A DNA stretch of 64,000 nt from Malacoraja senta (lineage: Eukaryota): positions 9,302,001 to 9,366,000 of the forward strand of contig CM075989.1 in NCBI GenBank assembly GCA_038087875.1. Direction: 5' to 3'. Under the pieces are notes generated by a model. The model made no database searches, was not told the DNA's origin, and saw only the letters and a program-made list of their open reading frames with translations. Shown here piece after piece: positions 26,421 through 40,250 of this stretch. A program made the translations under genes and the position numbers. Numbering within the stretch: position 1 is the first letter of the stretch; each line of letters begins with the position of its first letter.

Positions 26421-29284
26421 TAAAGCAACACACACAATGGGAATGTGAAGAAAAAAACTTAAATACAATAGTAATGAGCTGAAATTCGCTGCCTGAAGGT
26501 GGTGGTAATGCAATCAATCAGAATGTTGAGAAAGGAATTGGACATGCAGAAGAGGGGATAATTTGCAGAGCAATAGGGGAAATGTGGCCAATGTGATTAT
26601 TCTTCAGGGAACTGGCAAAGTGTAGGTGGCAGAATGACTTGTGTCATAACAATTCTGATTCTTCCCTCATTCCATTCATTGATTTGTATGCTCTATATAG
26701 TTATCCTGAATTGCATTGAAAGCGGTAAAGTGTCATTACCTCTGTCGTGAGCTTATATTTTAAGATATGATTAAAGGGCAATAAAATCAGTGGTAGTGCA
26801 CAGATTATATTTTTACTTTATACATTTAAGACTACAGCGTAATCACATGGATGCGGTTGGCTCCATGAGCTGCAACTACATATTACTGAATTAATATTAC
26901 AATTGCACTGAATTTTACTTGGTGATAGGCTATTTCATGAACTTAAACCTCTTGTTTTCCTTGAAATAAATTCCAAACTGTGCTTGTGTTCTCTGTTAAT
27001 ATATTCCCTGGAGCTATCGTTCTGTCAACTGAAGAAAATGAACTGCTGTATTCATATCAACATTCCCAGGGTGCTAGACTTGGAGCGTATCAGTGTGGAA
27101 AATTCCCATCGTACATCAGCTTTACTCCCAATGGATCAATTGAAGCCCTTTACATTCTCTCAATTTGTTTATCCAAATTATTTTAATGTTAATTAAAATA
27201 TGAATTTTAATACTTTAGTTTTTTAAGTTTAATGGAAAACATAAGTTTACTACTTCATGCTTCAGAGTGCAGTGAAAGAGGTAATGAAAGGGCAGTTACT
27301 TTGTTTTTAATGTTTAAAACAATTTGCACGTCAATTTTCCTTGACTGCACTGTTTTTGTTTATCTAATGCAAGTAATTTGGAAACAATTGAGTGTGCTCT
27401 TTGGGGCTCAAATGACAGTGATGATGAAAAGTCATCAACCTAAAATGTTTATCTTTCGTGTTGCCTGACAAAAATTCTATAACAGTACAAACTAGAAACA
27501 ATTGAATTTGATGCCCTTGTTCAAAAAATGGGCAGTGACCTCTTAAAACTTCACAATTTTGCAATGACTGCCTTTATTTTAGTTTGAATAATGCATTTCA
27601 AACAACTCTTACTCTCTGTAATCCTTTCATCAGTGTAATCTGTCACCCACTGGTCAGTCATAGCAATATCTATCTCCTAACCTGATGCATCGCATTTATT
27701 AACAATGTGAAATATTGAGCATTCTGTTAAAGAAACTTAATTAGCCTAACAAAAATGAACAGATTTGGCAAAAAAATTCAAATCGTGATCAATGTGTAAA
27801 ATGATTTTTTTTCAGATATCTGTGATCTTGTGAGTGATATAATGCTCCCGTTATCAACGTGAAATTTGTTGCGACGAGTCTGCCTTAATTTAGATGTTAC
27901 CAGGGATAGAGTTTTACAATTACTGGAAATATGGATTTAAATTTTCATTTATAAGAATGCCGTAATCTACCTAAAATGATAGCTGTTAAAATATAGTAAA
28001 ATTTCTTGCAGTTTCGAAAGCTATCTTTGTGATAGCAACGACATTTCTTGCTATGTACCTTTGCATTTGTTAATTTACTGATGGAAAAATACTGAAAATA
28101 GATGGAAAATGAAAAATATGCAACTAGCCGGGGCAATTTCTGTGAGAGAGAATAATACATTTGTCATTGTTGTTCCTCTCAGAACTGAGAATGGGAATTG
28201 TTGAGAGTGAAAGCATCTACTGATTAAAATATATCATGCTTAAAATGAATACATTGTTTTGTTAAGATTTTCCTTCTTTAAAATCATTGTTTATATTTTC
28301 AAATAGTTCATGTCCTATAAGAGAATAAAAAAACATACAATTTTCTAATTCAGTCTTCATGAGTAGTAAGTTATTTAAGTAGTTGCAACATCAACTGATT
28401 TAATTATCGTGAAAACTGAGTTAACTAGAGCTTCCTAATCTACTGTATTGGAAATTGAGACAAGTGTCATCAAATATTGTAGAGAAAATCAGAGCACGTC
28501 AATTCCCAATCACGTCACACATTGTTCTGTTACTTAGACTAAGTTTGATTTCCTCTCCCGTAGTCTACAACAATGCATATTTACATTTTAATCAAGGTTT
28601 CAAGTAGTTGCATTTGTTTGTTTTGATGAAAGAAGGGATGAAAAGGAATTGTTAGAATTCTTATGATTTAAGAAGGGTTCAGTTTCTGAGAACTGTTCAA
28701 AACCTCTCCCCTCATGAACTAGTTAGCACGCAACAAAAAGCTTTTCACTGTACGCATGACAATAAACTAAACTAGGTTGGACATGCAGTCACTTGGCGAT
28801 ACATTAAAATCATAACATTGACGATCAAAGGGCAATGTGCAGTTAAACCAGGATTATTAATGCAATCATTCAGATTTCTCCGCAAGATGCAATGATATTG
28901 CAGGGGAACGGTGTTCCCATTAGGTAGAATATGTCCTAAGCCCCCGCAGCAACTAGAAAATCCATCCTGATGTTCTCCCAAACGCTTTGAATGCATAAGT
29001 CGTGCCTTGCAACTGGGGAGAACCTGCATGGCTAAAACCTGGTGCAGAGTGAAACTTAAGCCAGTGTTTTTTTTGCATTGTGCCAAGCATCCAAAGTTGC
29101 AGCTGTGTGGCTTTGAACATCAAAGTCATTTCTATATCCTGCCTAAACAAATTCTAATATTGAGGGGAGCAGAGCATTCATCCAGCTCTTTAACAATATT
29201 AAGAGTATAATGAATGCTGGGGCATGTAGCGGGTGTAAAGGATAATGATTATAAAAATCTAGCAGTTAGGTTGGTTTCCATGTG

Positions 29285-30230
29285 ATTCTCATAATTCTCC
29301 GAAATTTTCGCCACCTCAACCGGGATCCCACCACTAGCCACATTTTCTCAACTGAATGAATGAATACGTTTATTGGCCAAGTATTCACAAACAAGGAATT
29401 TGCCTTGGTGCTCCACCCGCAAGTGACACCATGACATACAGTGACAGTTAAGAATGATACATAAAACATTAAACATTAACATCTCCACCCCTTTCCGCCT
29501 TCCGCAGAGACTGTTCCCTCCGCAACTCCCTGGTTAACTCATCCCAAACCACCCTCTCCCCAGGTACCTTCCCCTGCAACTGCAGAAGATGCAACACCTG
29601 TCGCTATACATCTTCCCTTGACTCTGTCCAGGGACCCTGACAGTTCTTTCAGATTAGGCAGAGGTTCACTTGCACCTCCTCCAACCTCATCTACTGTATC
29701 CGTTGTTCAAGAAGTGGACTCTTATACATCGACGAGACCAATCTTAGACGGGGAGATCGTTTCGCGGAACACCTTCGCTCAGCCCGCGTGAACCAACCTG
29801 ATCTCCCGCTTGCTGGACACTTTAATTCTCATTCCCATTCCTACACAGACCTTTCTGTCCTCGGTCTCCTCCATTGTCAGAGTGAGGCTAAAAGCAAATT
29901 GCAGGAACGGCATCTCGTATTTCACTTAGGCAGCTTACAGCCCAGTTATATGAATATTGATTTCTCTCACTTCAGGTAGCTCCGGCATTCCCTCTCTCTC
30001 TATCCCTCCGCCACCCAAGTCGCACTGGCTTCTCATTTTCACCCGACAAACAGCTTACAATGGCATGTTTCATTGTTCTTTATCTCTACACATCACTGTC
30101 TATATCTCTCGTTTCCTTTAATCCCTAACCAGTCTGAAGAAGGGTCTCGACCCAAAACATCACCCATTCCTTCTCTCCAAAGATGCTGCCTGTCCCGCTG
30201 AGTTACTCCAGCTTTTTGTGTCTATCTTTG
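29285..30230 (+). mobile_element. Penelope-like element fragment (GIY-YIG and terminal repeat) with a ~130-bp LINE-tail insert at ~29352-29479
   Basis: aacctcatctactgtatccgttgttc, NQPDLPLAGHFNS, ctgaagaagggtctcgaccc. Confidence 0.85.
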
Positions 30231-32716
30231 ATTTATATCTTTGTTTTGATTAAAACATTTTTAGAAGAGTTGTGGCAGTCGGCTACCGTTTAAACCTGTT
30301 AATTTTAACATGCTATAACATGTGAATGTGTTTATAAAACTTTAATTTGTTGCTGTTGGACCGTGGACCATTCATGGTGGTTGCCTCTGGCATTTCAGCC
30401 TCTTGAGAGAAATAAGCATATATTTCATTCTCATCCTCTTGCAAAGCCATTCACATTTGTATTGTTGAAACAGTTTAGTCAAACATCCAATTTGTATGGA
30501 TTGTTTCCTATCCTCTGCTGACACCTACTTGGATAATTGGTGAGGCAGGTGCCTTACTGTGCCAAGAATATGATTCTTTATGGAAAAATTACCTGCTGAA
30601 ATGGGTTTGCTTAACTACTTTTCCTCTTTGAATGAGATTCTAGTTCTAAAAATACTAGTTTTGTTTTGCATCAAGCATTCCTCAAGACTTGGGAAATTCA
30701 GCATGTCTGCAATGACTTACCAATTTCTTTAAATGTTTCATAGAAAGTGACCTATGGGAATATATCTTGACTTGCTCTGACAATTGCTTTGCCCAAGTCC
30801 TCAGGAATTTGCCAAGTCGTGGATGTAGCTCAGTTTATCATGCAAACCAACCTCCCCCCCCCTCATTGCATGCATCTATAGTTCATGCTGCTTTGGGAAA
30901 GCAGCCAACATAATGTCGCCTATTTCCTTCGCTCCATAGATGCTGAGTTTCTCCAGCATTTTTGTCTACCTTCGATTTTGCATTATCTGCAGTTCCTTCT
31001 TAAACACAACACAATCAATGATCACTCACACCATTCCCTCTCCTGTTGGGCAGAAGATACTAAAGCTGAAAGCACAGACCACCAGATTCTGGAATAGCTG
31101 CTTCCCTGCAGTTATCAGCCTATTGAATGCATCTTTCAAGTTGAGCATAGTTGCAATTTCCCATTCTACCTCGTGAACCTAGCCCTTTATTGTAATCTGC
31201 ACTTTCACTTTAACACAATTCTTCACATTGTTTATTTTCTGTTGAATATATGAATGGGTGATTGTACTCGTATAATTTGCCTAGACAGTGGGCAAAATAG
31301 TGTTTCACTGTATCTCAGTATATGTGGCAAAAATGAATCATTGCGTACCCTGAAGTTCACACTTCCTAAAATCGAATCTTGTTCACGTGTCTTTTTTATA
31401 ACATTATTAGGCAATGGTAATTAGTGAGGAAAGTAGCCCCCAAAAAGCAAAATTTAAAAATGAATTGCTGAATTAACTCCAAACTAGACGATCTGCACCA
31501 TGTACTTAAAAGCCAAAAAGGATGAACGTGAGCATATGGGTTTCTAGCCCATCTTCTCTTAAACTGGTTAAAGACTTTGACAGTCAGTCCCCTGCACCTC
31601 TGGCTAGAAAGAGAAACTATTATTTCTGCTACTGATTACTTTCCCTTGGAGGAATACCATCTGACCAGAATCTGGCCTGGCTTTTGTGTGGTGGTTAAGA
31701 GCTGACTGACTCTTAGTAACTCTTTTGGGAGAGTAAGTGTTTGCTTGTTGCTTTTGCAACTGCAACCCAGCAACAGTTGGTGTTTTCAGGACACAAGTGA
31801 GTAAAGTATTTCAATAAACAGTATTTGCACAACAGAGTCAACTTGAATTCTAAGGTTATTTGATGTGAATTCAGAGAATAACAAAACTGCTTGCATCAGG
31901 GAATAGTCATGATTGAGTTTATTTTTAGATTTCAATATTACTGGCTAAGTTAATCATGTTTGGATTTGGTAATAAAAAGTTTACATTGTGATGTATTTAA
32001 TTTGCATATTTAATTAAACACTGGTCATATTTTGGAGGCCTGTAGTTATTGACAGTATATTTTTCATCAGATCTTGATCTTAATAATATTTCAGGATTTA
32101 AACAGTATGAAGATTTGACCAGATGATACTTTGTGTCGAACAAACAGGCCTGTTCCCTTTTCATTCCCTTGTGCCATTGAGTAGATTCCTATTATAAATA
32201 CTGCCGCATAGACCATACCAATTAATTATTAAAGACAATTTTATCTTTTTCGTAATCTGAAGTAAATGGGATTTCATAATAAATTAAATCTGAGAATGCT
32301 GGCTTTTGCTTTTGGAGATGTTAATTTTCAAATTAACATCTCCACAATTAACCCAATTGAAGCACAATGTTGGTTAGAGGTTAGTAAAGATATAAACGTT
32401 ATTCTTGATTTTCTTTTTCAGGCAGGCTATGAGAATTAGTTTTCCCTGAAGGGAATCAGGTGGAGTGTGAGGGAAGTAAATGGTAGAATAATGATAGAAT
32501 TCTATAAAATGATCAAACTCTACATGTTTTTGCATGGATGTTGCCTGACGTTTTGCTCTTTGATTATCTTGTATTTTTTAGCATTTGCTGTAATTTTGTC
32601 ACAGCCCATTCTGTTGTTATAGTTCTGTGAAGGCTAAAATTGTAAATGTTAGTTTCACAAAACTAATTTGTGTTCACTTTTGAAATCTTATTGGTATTGG
32701 CTATTTTACAGATTGT

Positions 32717-33670
32717 TGTTGTTGTTTTTTGACCTTAGTAGTCGAAGAAGACCATGACTTCAGTGTTTTGTTTGTGGGTCCGGAGGTGACTGGTGAGACC
32801 GATCCGGGCCCGGAAGGCTCGCCCGCATATGGGACACAGTTGGGGGGGTGCTGCAGTAGAAGCTGAAGTGGCTCGAGCCTTGCGCATGGCGCGTTTCCTC
32901 TGAGCTTCTGCGGTGCGCTTCTTCTCAGCTGCATGCGCTCCTGTGGTGATCTTGCATCGCCCAGTTGGGCGGTACGGGTCCTGAAGTCATGACTTGCGCT
33001 TGACTTGGATTAACGTGAGGGAGAGTTGCGCAAATCGTCAGCCTCACTCTCTCGTCCCGGCCTATCTGGATCCAGTGGCAAGACATAGTCGAGACGGCTG
33101 GCGATAGGTCAGGATGCAGTGGGTGGCCACCAGTGTTCTGCATGAACATTGTGCCCAAATTGCACTCCACGACGCTTTGCTGGGCACGCCTTCCTACCCG
33201 TTGGACTGCCAAATGGTGGTGGTCTCCGTATTCCGCCGGATCCAGTCTTCACCTTTCCTGAATAAGGTAATAGCCACAAGGCAGTGGAGGTTTGCATTTA
33301 ATGTTTTTCTTCATCCCTCCAGGGTGCTATATGGAGGACGCCTATGCGTGACTTTGTTTAACATGGGGAGACTGGTGCACAGGCAGCCACCCCACAGTCC
33401 TTGACAGATCTGGGTCAGGATCCAGTGGCATGGAATCCAAGACGACCGGAGACCCTTTTCTGCTGCAGCCTTACCAGCCGCTCCACTAAGGTCAGCCATC
33501 GTCCTCCGCCTGTTCCACCGTTAAGGTCTTGGTTGGATTGCTGTTTGTCAGTGACCTCCCCCTCAACCTTACCGCCATGGGTGACCCTACCTGGAGCATG
33601 GCTCCAGACGGCATCGCTCTCAGGATCTCAGGTCCACACAAGGTTCTCCACCGCGACAAGGTGACAATCC
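32717..33670 (-). mobile_element. Internally deleted RTE-clade element (5' leader plus 3' end)
   Basis: Minus strand encodes CPICGRAFRARIGLTSHLRTHK; (CAA)n tail; 5' GGATTGTCACCTTGTCGCGGTGGAG typical of RTE leaders; TSD ACAGATTGT/ATAGATTGT (32708-32716, 33671-33679). Confidence 0.75.
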
Positions 33671-33899
33671 ATAGATTGTAGTAGTAACTAAATGACTGGA
33701 GAGTCACAGATGGAGTAATTAAAATATTGTAGCAATTTCAGATTGCAAACTTCATTGAGTTATAGTTGTGACAGGAAATCAGTTTATTTTCTAAATGTTT
33801 GCATCTGTAGGTGGTGAGCATTAGTGTTTAATAAAAGCATTCATTTGCAAAGTTGCTATAAAAAGAATATTCCAGTACTGACTCCCCTCATGGAGCTTA

Positions 33900-35125
33900 T
33901 TGCTAAAATTGATGACATGTTGGACAGTGAGGAAGGCTGTCAAAAGATACAGCAGAAGATAGATAAGTTACATATATGGGCAAAGGAATGGCAAATGGTG
34001 TTTAATCTGAGCAAATATAGTGTGTTGCACTTTTGGAGGTCAAATGTAAGAGAGAAAGTATGTAGTTAATGGCTAAACCTTTAGCAGCATTGATGTTCAG
34101 AGGGAACATAACCCAAGTCCATAAATCCCTGAAACTGGTAAAGAAGGCATTTGATACACTTGCTTTCATAGGTCAGAGCATTGGTATAAGAGTCAAGAAG
34201 TCATGATGCAGCTTTATAGGACCTTGGTTAGGCCACATTTGAAGTATTGTATGCAGTTCTGTTTGCCCCATTACTGGAAGGAGAAGGTGCAGAAGAGGTT
34301 TACCAGAATGCTGCTTGGATTAAGTGGATATTATCTCCTGCGGAACCGTGTAGGTTATGGGGAAACTGGATAGAAGTATATAAAATTAGAAAGCACGGAT
34401 GGGGTTGACGGTCAGAATCTTTTTGCCAGAGTGCAAAGGCTAGAGGGCATATCTTTAAGGTCAGAGGGGGAAAGCTAAAAGGAAATGTACGGGGCAAATT
34501 TTTGAACACAGTTGGCTTTTGGCACATTGTCCTTCATCATTCAGAGTATTGAGTATCGAAATTAGGAGGTTATGTTACAGTTATATATGACTTGGTGAAG
34601 CCACATTTAGAGTATTGTGTTCAGTTTTGGTCACCATGTGATGGGGAAGATGTTGTCACGCTGGAAAGGGTTGAAAGAAGATTTACGAGGATATTGCCAG
34701 GACTCGAGGGCCTGAGCTATAGGGAGAGGTTGAGCCGGTTAGGACTCTATTCCTTGCAGTGCAGGAGGATGAGGAGTGAACTTATAGAAGTGTACAAAAT
34801 CATGAGGGGAATAGGTTGAGTAAATGCAGTCTTTTGGCCTGAGTAGAGGAATCGAGAACTAGAGGACGTAGGTTTAAGTTGAGGGGGAAATGATTTAAAA
34901 TGAACCAGAGTTTTTTTTTTACACAATTGATGGTAGTTGTATGGAACGAGCTGCTGGAGGAAGTAGTTGGAACATTAAAGAAATATTTAGACGGGCAAAT
35001 GTTTAGGATAGGTTTAGAGGGATATAGGCCAAATGCAGGCAGGTGGAACTAGTGTAGATGGGCATGATGGTCGATGTGGGCAAGTTGGGCCGAAGGGGCA
35101 GTTTCCACGCTGTATGACTATGGGA
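33900..35125 (+). mobile_element. Two consecutive CR1 3' fragments
   Basis: VKPHLEYCVQFWSP...LSYRERLSRLGLYSL; WAKEWQMVFN. Confidence 0.85.
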
Positions 35126-36094
35126 CTGACTGATATGCGAGTGCTTGGATTGTGCTGCCAGCGGAGATGGTAGCTGATGCAATAGTGGTGTTTGATGTTT
35201 TTTGACCGGCACATGGATATTGAGGTATATGGATCACTTGCAGGCAGAGAAGATTCTTGATGTTTCGTCAAGGTAAAGTACATTGCAAAGTATCACTGAA
35301 GTATGAAGCAGCACTTTTCATCACTCCATTGAGTTGTTAATTTGAGATGCCCATTAAAAGCATCTGTCCACAATTTTAAGCATGGATGAAGTGTTTTTAT
35401 GACTATTTTGTAATTTTGATGTCTTGTAAAACTTACTGTAGTTTACAAAATGTTAGCAATGAAGTATGTCCTATGACATTTTTTGTGACTTTTGTTCCAC
35501 AAGGAAGACATTGACCCCAGCTGGAGTGTTTCTTCTACTCATTTGCATCATGTCCTAGTTTATTTTTGTAATTGGATATATACCTGATGAATACTAATTG
35601 TCTATGCATAATTGCCCTGTGAAGTAAATCAGCTTGCTAGGCCTCTTTAATGGCAGTTGTATAGATGGTTCTTGAATCACATGCACTCACCGGTTTGGGA
35701 CGACAAAATTACTTTCCAAAACAAAGTTATTGAACTTTTAGTTTTCACTACAATCTGGTGTTTCGTCGCCTTGTTTTTTGTTTCTAGGGGTTAATCAAAT
35801 TCAGTACTTTTCAACTGCTCTGTGGTTTGATGTTGTCAGGGTTAATTAAGTTCAGGCATTCGGGTTACTGTTCCAGCAATTTAACTATTTTGCCCCTATT
35901 CTCTTCCCCTCCCCCCAAAAAACTTAAAATATCGAGAGCTTTATGCAAAATTAAGCAAAGTATTAATTCCACTGGTTTTAACTGCTTATGCAATACACCA
36001 AGACAAAATGCTGAGGAACCAGTTACTGAGCAGGCGGTCCTCGACTGAATATTGTATAATGAGAAATTAGTCAAAAGGGCCTGGAGTTGAAGTG

Positions 36095-37789
36095 TGTAGA
36101 TGATTTATGCATGCAGCCAATCACATAGCTACCTCACCACTACTAGCCCCGCCTTAAGTATCATTTATAATAACGCCTGCTTCTCCTTCTGCGCAGTACA
36201 GTAGCAGACTGGAGTCAGTGACTACTCATGTATTGTTTAACTCTATATACTTATTAAAGACTATTATAATGTCACACGTGTGTAATGACTATTTACATGG
36301 TGTCAGAAGTGGGATTCGAACCCACGCCCCCACTACCCCATGAGGACAGTTGAGGATGTTGCAGCCCAGGTCGGACAGGCCACCGTCTTCTCTGTCCTCA
36401 ACGCAAAAAGCTCGTTTTGGCAGATACCACTGGACAAGGGGTCTTTGGATCTGACCACGTTCTCTACACCGTTCGGCAGATTCAAGTTCCTGCGAATGCC
36501 ATTCGGCATCAACTCTGCCAGCGAGGTGTTCCAGAGGACCATGGAACAGCTGTTCGCTGGCCTGCCGTGCGCCATCATCGTTGATGACATCCTGGTCTAC
36601 GGGAAAGACGTGGAGCACGAACAGAACCTACGGCGTGTCCTGAAGCGGGCACGACAGATAAACCTCAAAATCAACCCCAAGAAGTGCAGATTCTGGGTAT
36701 CCGAGGTCACTTACGTTGGCCATGTCTTCACTCCTGCCGGACTCAAGCCTGATCCTTTGAAAGCTGCCGCTATCACTGAGATGCCTGCCCCCACCGACGT
36801 GCTCAGTCTACAGCGCTTCCTGGGCATGGTGAACTATCTTGGGAAATTTATTCCCAACCTCAGCGAACTGAGCTCGTTCTTGCGACAACTGACTAGAAAA
36901 GACACCACCTGGGCCTGGTTCCCGCAGCACCAGCAGGCTTTTGATGCTTTAAAGTCTAAGCTGGTCAGCACTCCTACTCTGACCTTTTTCGACCTGAAGC
37001 GCCCCATCACCGTCACCTGTGATGCCTCGCGATTCGGGCTCGGTGCAGCCTGCCTACAGTCCTCTGCAGATGGCTCCCTGCTCCCTGTCTCCTATGCCTC
37101 CCGTACCATGACCGACACCGAACAACGCTATGCGCAGATCGAAAAGGAGCTGCTCGCCGTCGTTTTCGCCTGCTCTAAGTTCAAGGACTTTCTTTTCGGC
37201 AATTCTTTCACGGTTGAGACTGACCACCAGCCATTGGTGACCATCCTGAGTAAGCCGATCCATGTCGCACCTGCCAGGCTGCAACGTATGATGATGCAGC
37301 TCCAGCGTTTCGACTTCACCATTGTCTACAAAAAGGGTACTGATATGCACATTGCGGACACCCTCTCTCGCGCCCCTCGCGCCATCTGTGATCAACACCC
37401 CTACGAACGGGAAGACCTTCTGGTGCTCGGCGTTGACTTTGTCCCCACTAAGCAGCTTCAGTGCCTAGCCGAGCATACTGCCGCCGACCCCGCTCTGCAG
37501 CGACTTTCTTCAGTGATAAAAAAGGGGTTGGCCAAACAAGCGCGCCAGTGCGCCCGCAGAGACACAGCCATTTTTCCTAGTTCGCGACGAACTGGTCATC
37601 CAAGACGGCGTTATTGTTAAGGTCGTGGTCCCCTCCTCCCTGTATGACAAGTACTATAGCGTGGCCCACAGCGGGCACCCGGGCGTTGATGCCACGATCG
37701 CCCACGCACAGTGCCAATTCTACTGGCCTGGAATGGCTAAGTACATTCGGGACTATTATAATGTCACACGTGTGTAATGACTATTTACA
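36095..37789 (+). mobile_element. Rearranged Ty3/Gypsy (possibly Mag-like) LTR retrotransposon lacking gag, protease, most of integrase and most of the 3' LTR
   Basis: 5-bp TSD AAGTG (36090-36094, 37790-37794); TGTA...TACA 5' LTR 36095-36297; PBS from 36298; last 39 bp of the LTR repeated identically at 37751-37789. Confidence 0.93.
36331..37753 (+). pseudogene. Gypsy pol fragment: RT, RNase H and start of the integrase zinc finger
   Basis: FLRMPFGINSASEVFQ, IVDDIL, RFLGMVNY, CDASRFGLGA, YAQIEKELLA, TDHQPL, IADTLSR; frameshift near 37527 (IKKG/WPNK); HSGHPG...FYWPGM. Confidence 0.92.
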
Positions 37790-39956
37790 AAGTGTAAATG
37801 GTTTCTCTTTTCACAAACGCTGCCTGACTTGCTGAGAGTTACTGCACGAGCATCTTTACCATCTGAGATGCACAGTCCCAATTGTGCTTCTTCACAAGGA
37901 CCCTGTGACTGCAGGAGGCAAGTATAGAAATGAGCATTGAGGAAACAGGATGGCACTATTTAGTTCCCTATACCTCTTGAGTCTTAACTGCTAACTTCCA
38001 TCTAGTATGCTTTCAGCGAAAGTGACGTGTTTGTGGTATTTTTAAACACATACAAAAGCAATAGCAAAAAGTTAATTGAATTCCTATTCTAATAAAGCTA
38101 TTGATGTTCAGTCTTAGAAAATGATAAATATATATATCTACCAGCATTTTTGAACTTGGTAATTAAGCACCATTGCTAAGTATAATTGTAGTATGAATAA
38201 GCATATTCCATAATTCCACTGAGTTCCTAATTTCAGAGGCATAATGTAGAAAGACGCCGATTAGAGGCATACATTCTTCCCATTGTAAACTATTGCAAGT
38301 AATAGGAATTCCTAATCTTAAATAAAACTGGAAAATGTGCAGCAGGTAGGGCAGCATTTGGGAGGGGGCAACTTTTCAAGTCTATGATTAATCAGAACAA
38401 TGCAGCAGGCATTGCGGATAATGGGGAAGATGGGGATGTCAAATGGCTACATTTTATTACAGGTCAGACGATGGAATAGATTAAATGACTGAGGAGATTA
38501 TGGTGCTTGGAAGTTAGTAATAGAGCAAATAAAGAAAATAAAATCAGTCCAGAGATGATGTAAATATGAATGTCAGGAAAATTCCAATCATTGATTGGAT
38601 GAATTATTGAACTTGAAGGCTGTACATTTCTGATGGAAACCCCCACTATACAAATGAAGGAACGTTGATTTGAGAAATTATTCTTCACTAGCAGTAAGTC
38701 AGCAGTTCAGCGAGAGTTGGAGCAGTTCCCCAAAGAGCTGGACTTCACAGGAAATAGTTGGAAATTATTCTTAGTCAATGACTGCATCTTTCATGCACAA
38801 TGACATGTGCAGTGTTAGCACATTACCAGGTCTGGTTTCCTGATTTGTTTCATTGTTAATAACTAAAATCCAGGTTTTGACAATAAACTGAATTTTTATT
38901 GAAGTACGATTGAATTTGCCGATTCCTACTGCTTTGCACCATCGGGGCAGTCATTCTGTGCAATAAGACTCTAGTTTTCTATTACAATCTCTTAAATTCC
39001 AGATCTTTGTAACATCTGTTTCCATTTTCAAACCCACCTCGGGTTCTCCTGTTTTCATCTTAAGCTAAGAGAAGAATTCTTAATCATTACCAGCATGAGT
39101 GGTGGCCATTTGGCACATCAGCTCCTCATTGGCTCTTTGTAAAAGGAATCCAATCAACCCAATTCCCTAAAAGTTCATACTTTCCTTTCAATGATGATCT
39201 GAAAATGCATTGCTCCTGAAGTCATCCGCACCCTGGCAAGAATAAAGAAATAAGGCGGCATACTTACTTACACAAGAGCATTTGGTTTGGAAAGATGTGA
39301 CGAGGTTTAATGTAATTGGTCATTAGCTTTGAAAGTAAAGATTCTAGGTTTCATGGTTCCTGTCAGAATTGAATATGTTGGCATGTCAAGATGCAGGCTG
39401 AGGTCTGTATATCATCCTCTCATCACAAAAATGATGACAAGAGAATGCAGATGCTGGAATATGAAGCAAAAGACAAGCTGCCGGAGGAACTCTGGGTCCG
39501 ACAGCACCTGGGGAGGCAAAGGACTAGTCGATGTTTTGGGTCAAGACCTAGTAACAGGATTGAATGGATTGATAATGACCATTGTGAGGCATCCTCACGG
39601 TATAAACAATAAGCTGCACTGTTGCTCTATGTAACACTTGTTCAACATTTGAACATTAACTATGCAGTAACTTCAGTGTTTTATGCTAAACTTATGGAAT
39701 ATATGATGTGTGCCCTTTTGCAGTATTTATAACACAATATTAGTGAAAATTATCTATGCTGCTAAGTCTGTTGTAAATTGTGTACATTGGAAATTTTGCA
39801 CTTGCCAGATATAACTATGTGGCTGAGGTTTGTGTATGGTAGTTTTGCAGATGATTTTCTGTTTGAAAGTTCGTCATAAATTTCTGTTACAATAAAAGCA
39901 TGTCTGTTCACAAATTTTAAGCATAAATGAAGTGATTTTAGGACCATTTTGTAATT

Positions 39957-40250
39957 CTAGTTTAGAGATACAGAGAGGAAACGGGGCCCTTTGGCCCACC
40001 AAGTCCGCACCGACCAGCGATCCCTGCACATTACCACTATCCTACACACACTAGGGACAATTTACACATACATCAAGCCAATTAACCTACATACCTGTAT
40101 GTCTTTGGAGTGTGGGAGGAAACCGAAGACCTTCGGAGAAAACCCATGCAGTCACAGGGAGAACGTACAAACTCCGTACCGACAGCACCCGTAGTCGGGT
40201 TCGAACCTGGGTCTCCGGCGCAGGAAGGCAGTAACTCTACTGCTGCCCAA
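39957..40250 (-). mobile_element. HE1-type V-SINE (tRNA-derived head, V domain, CR1 tail)
   Basis: B-box GGTTCGAACC; gagtttgtacgttctccctgtgactgcatggg...ggtttcctcccacactccaaagac; ctaaac tail. Confidence 0.88.

Noticed and set aside
36298..36333. tRNA-Leu gene on the minus strand
   Set aside because: Only the 3' ~31-36 nt with encoded CCA, abutting an LTR; it is a PBS-derived copy
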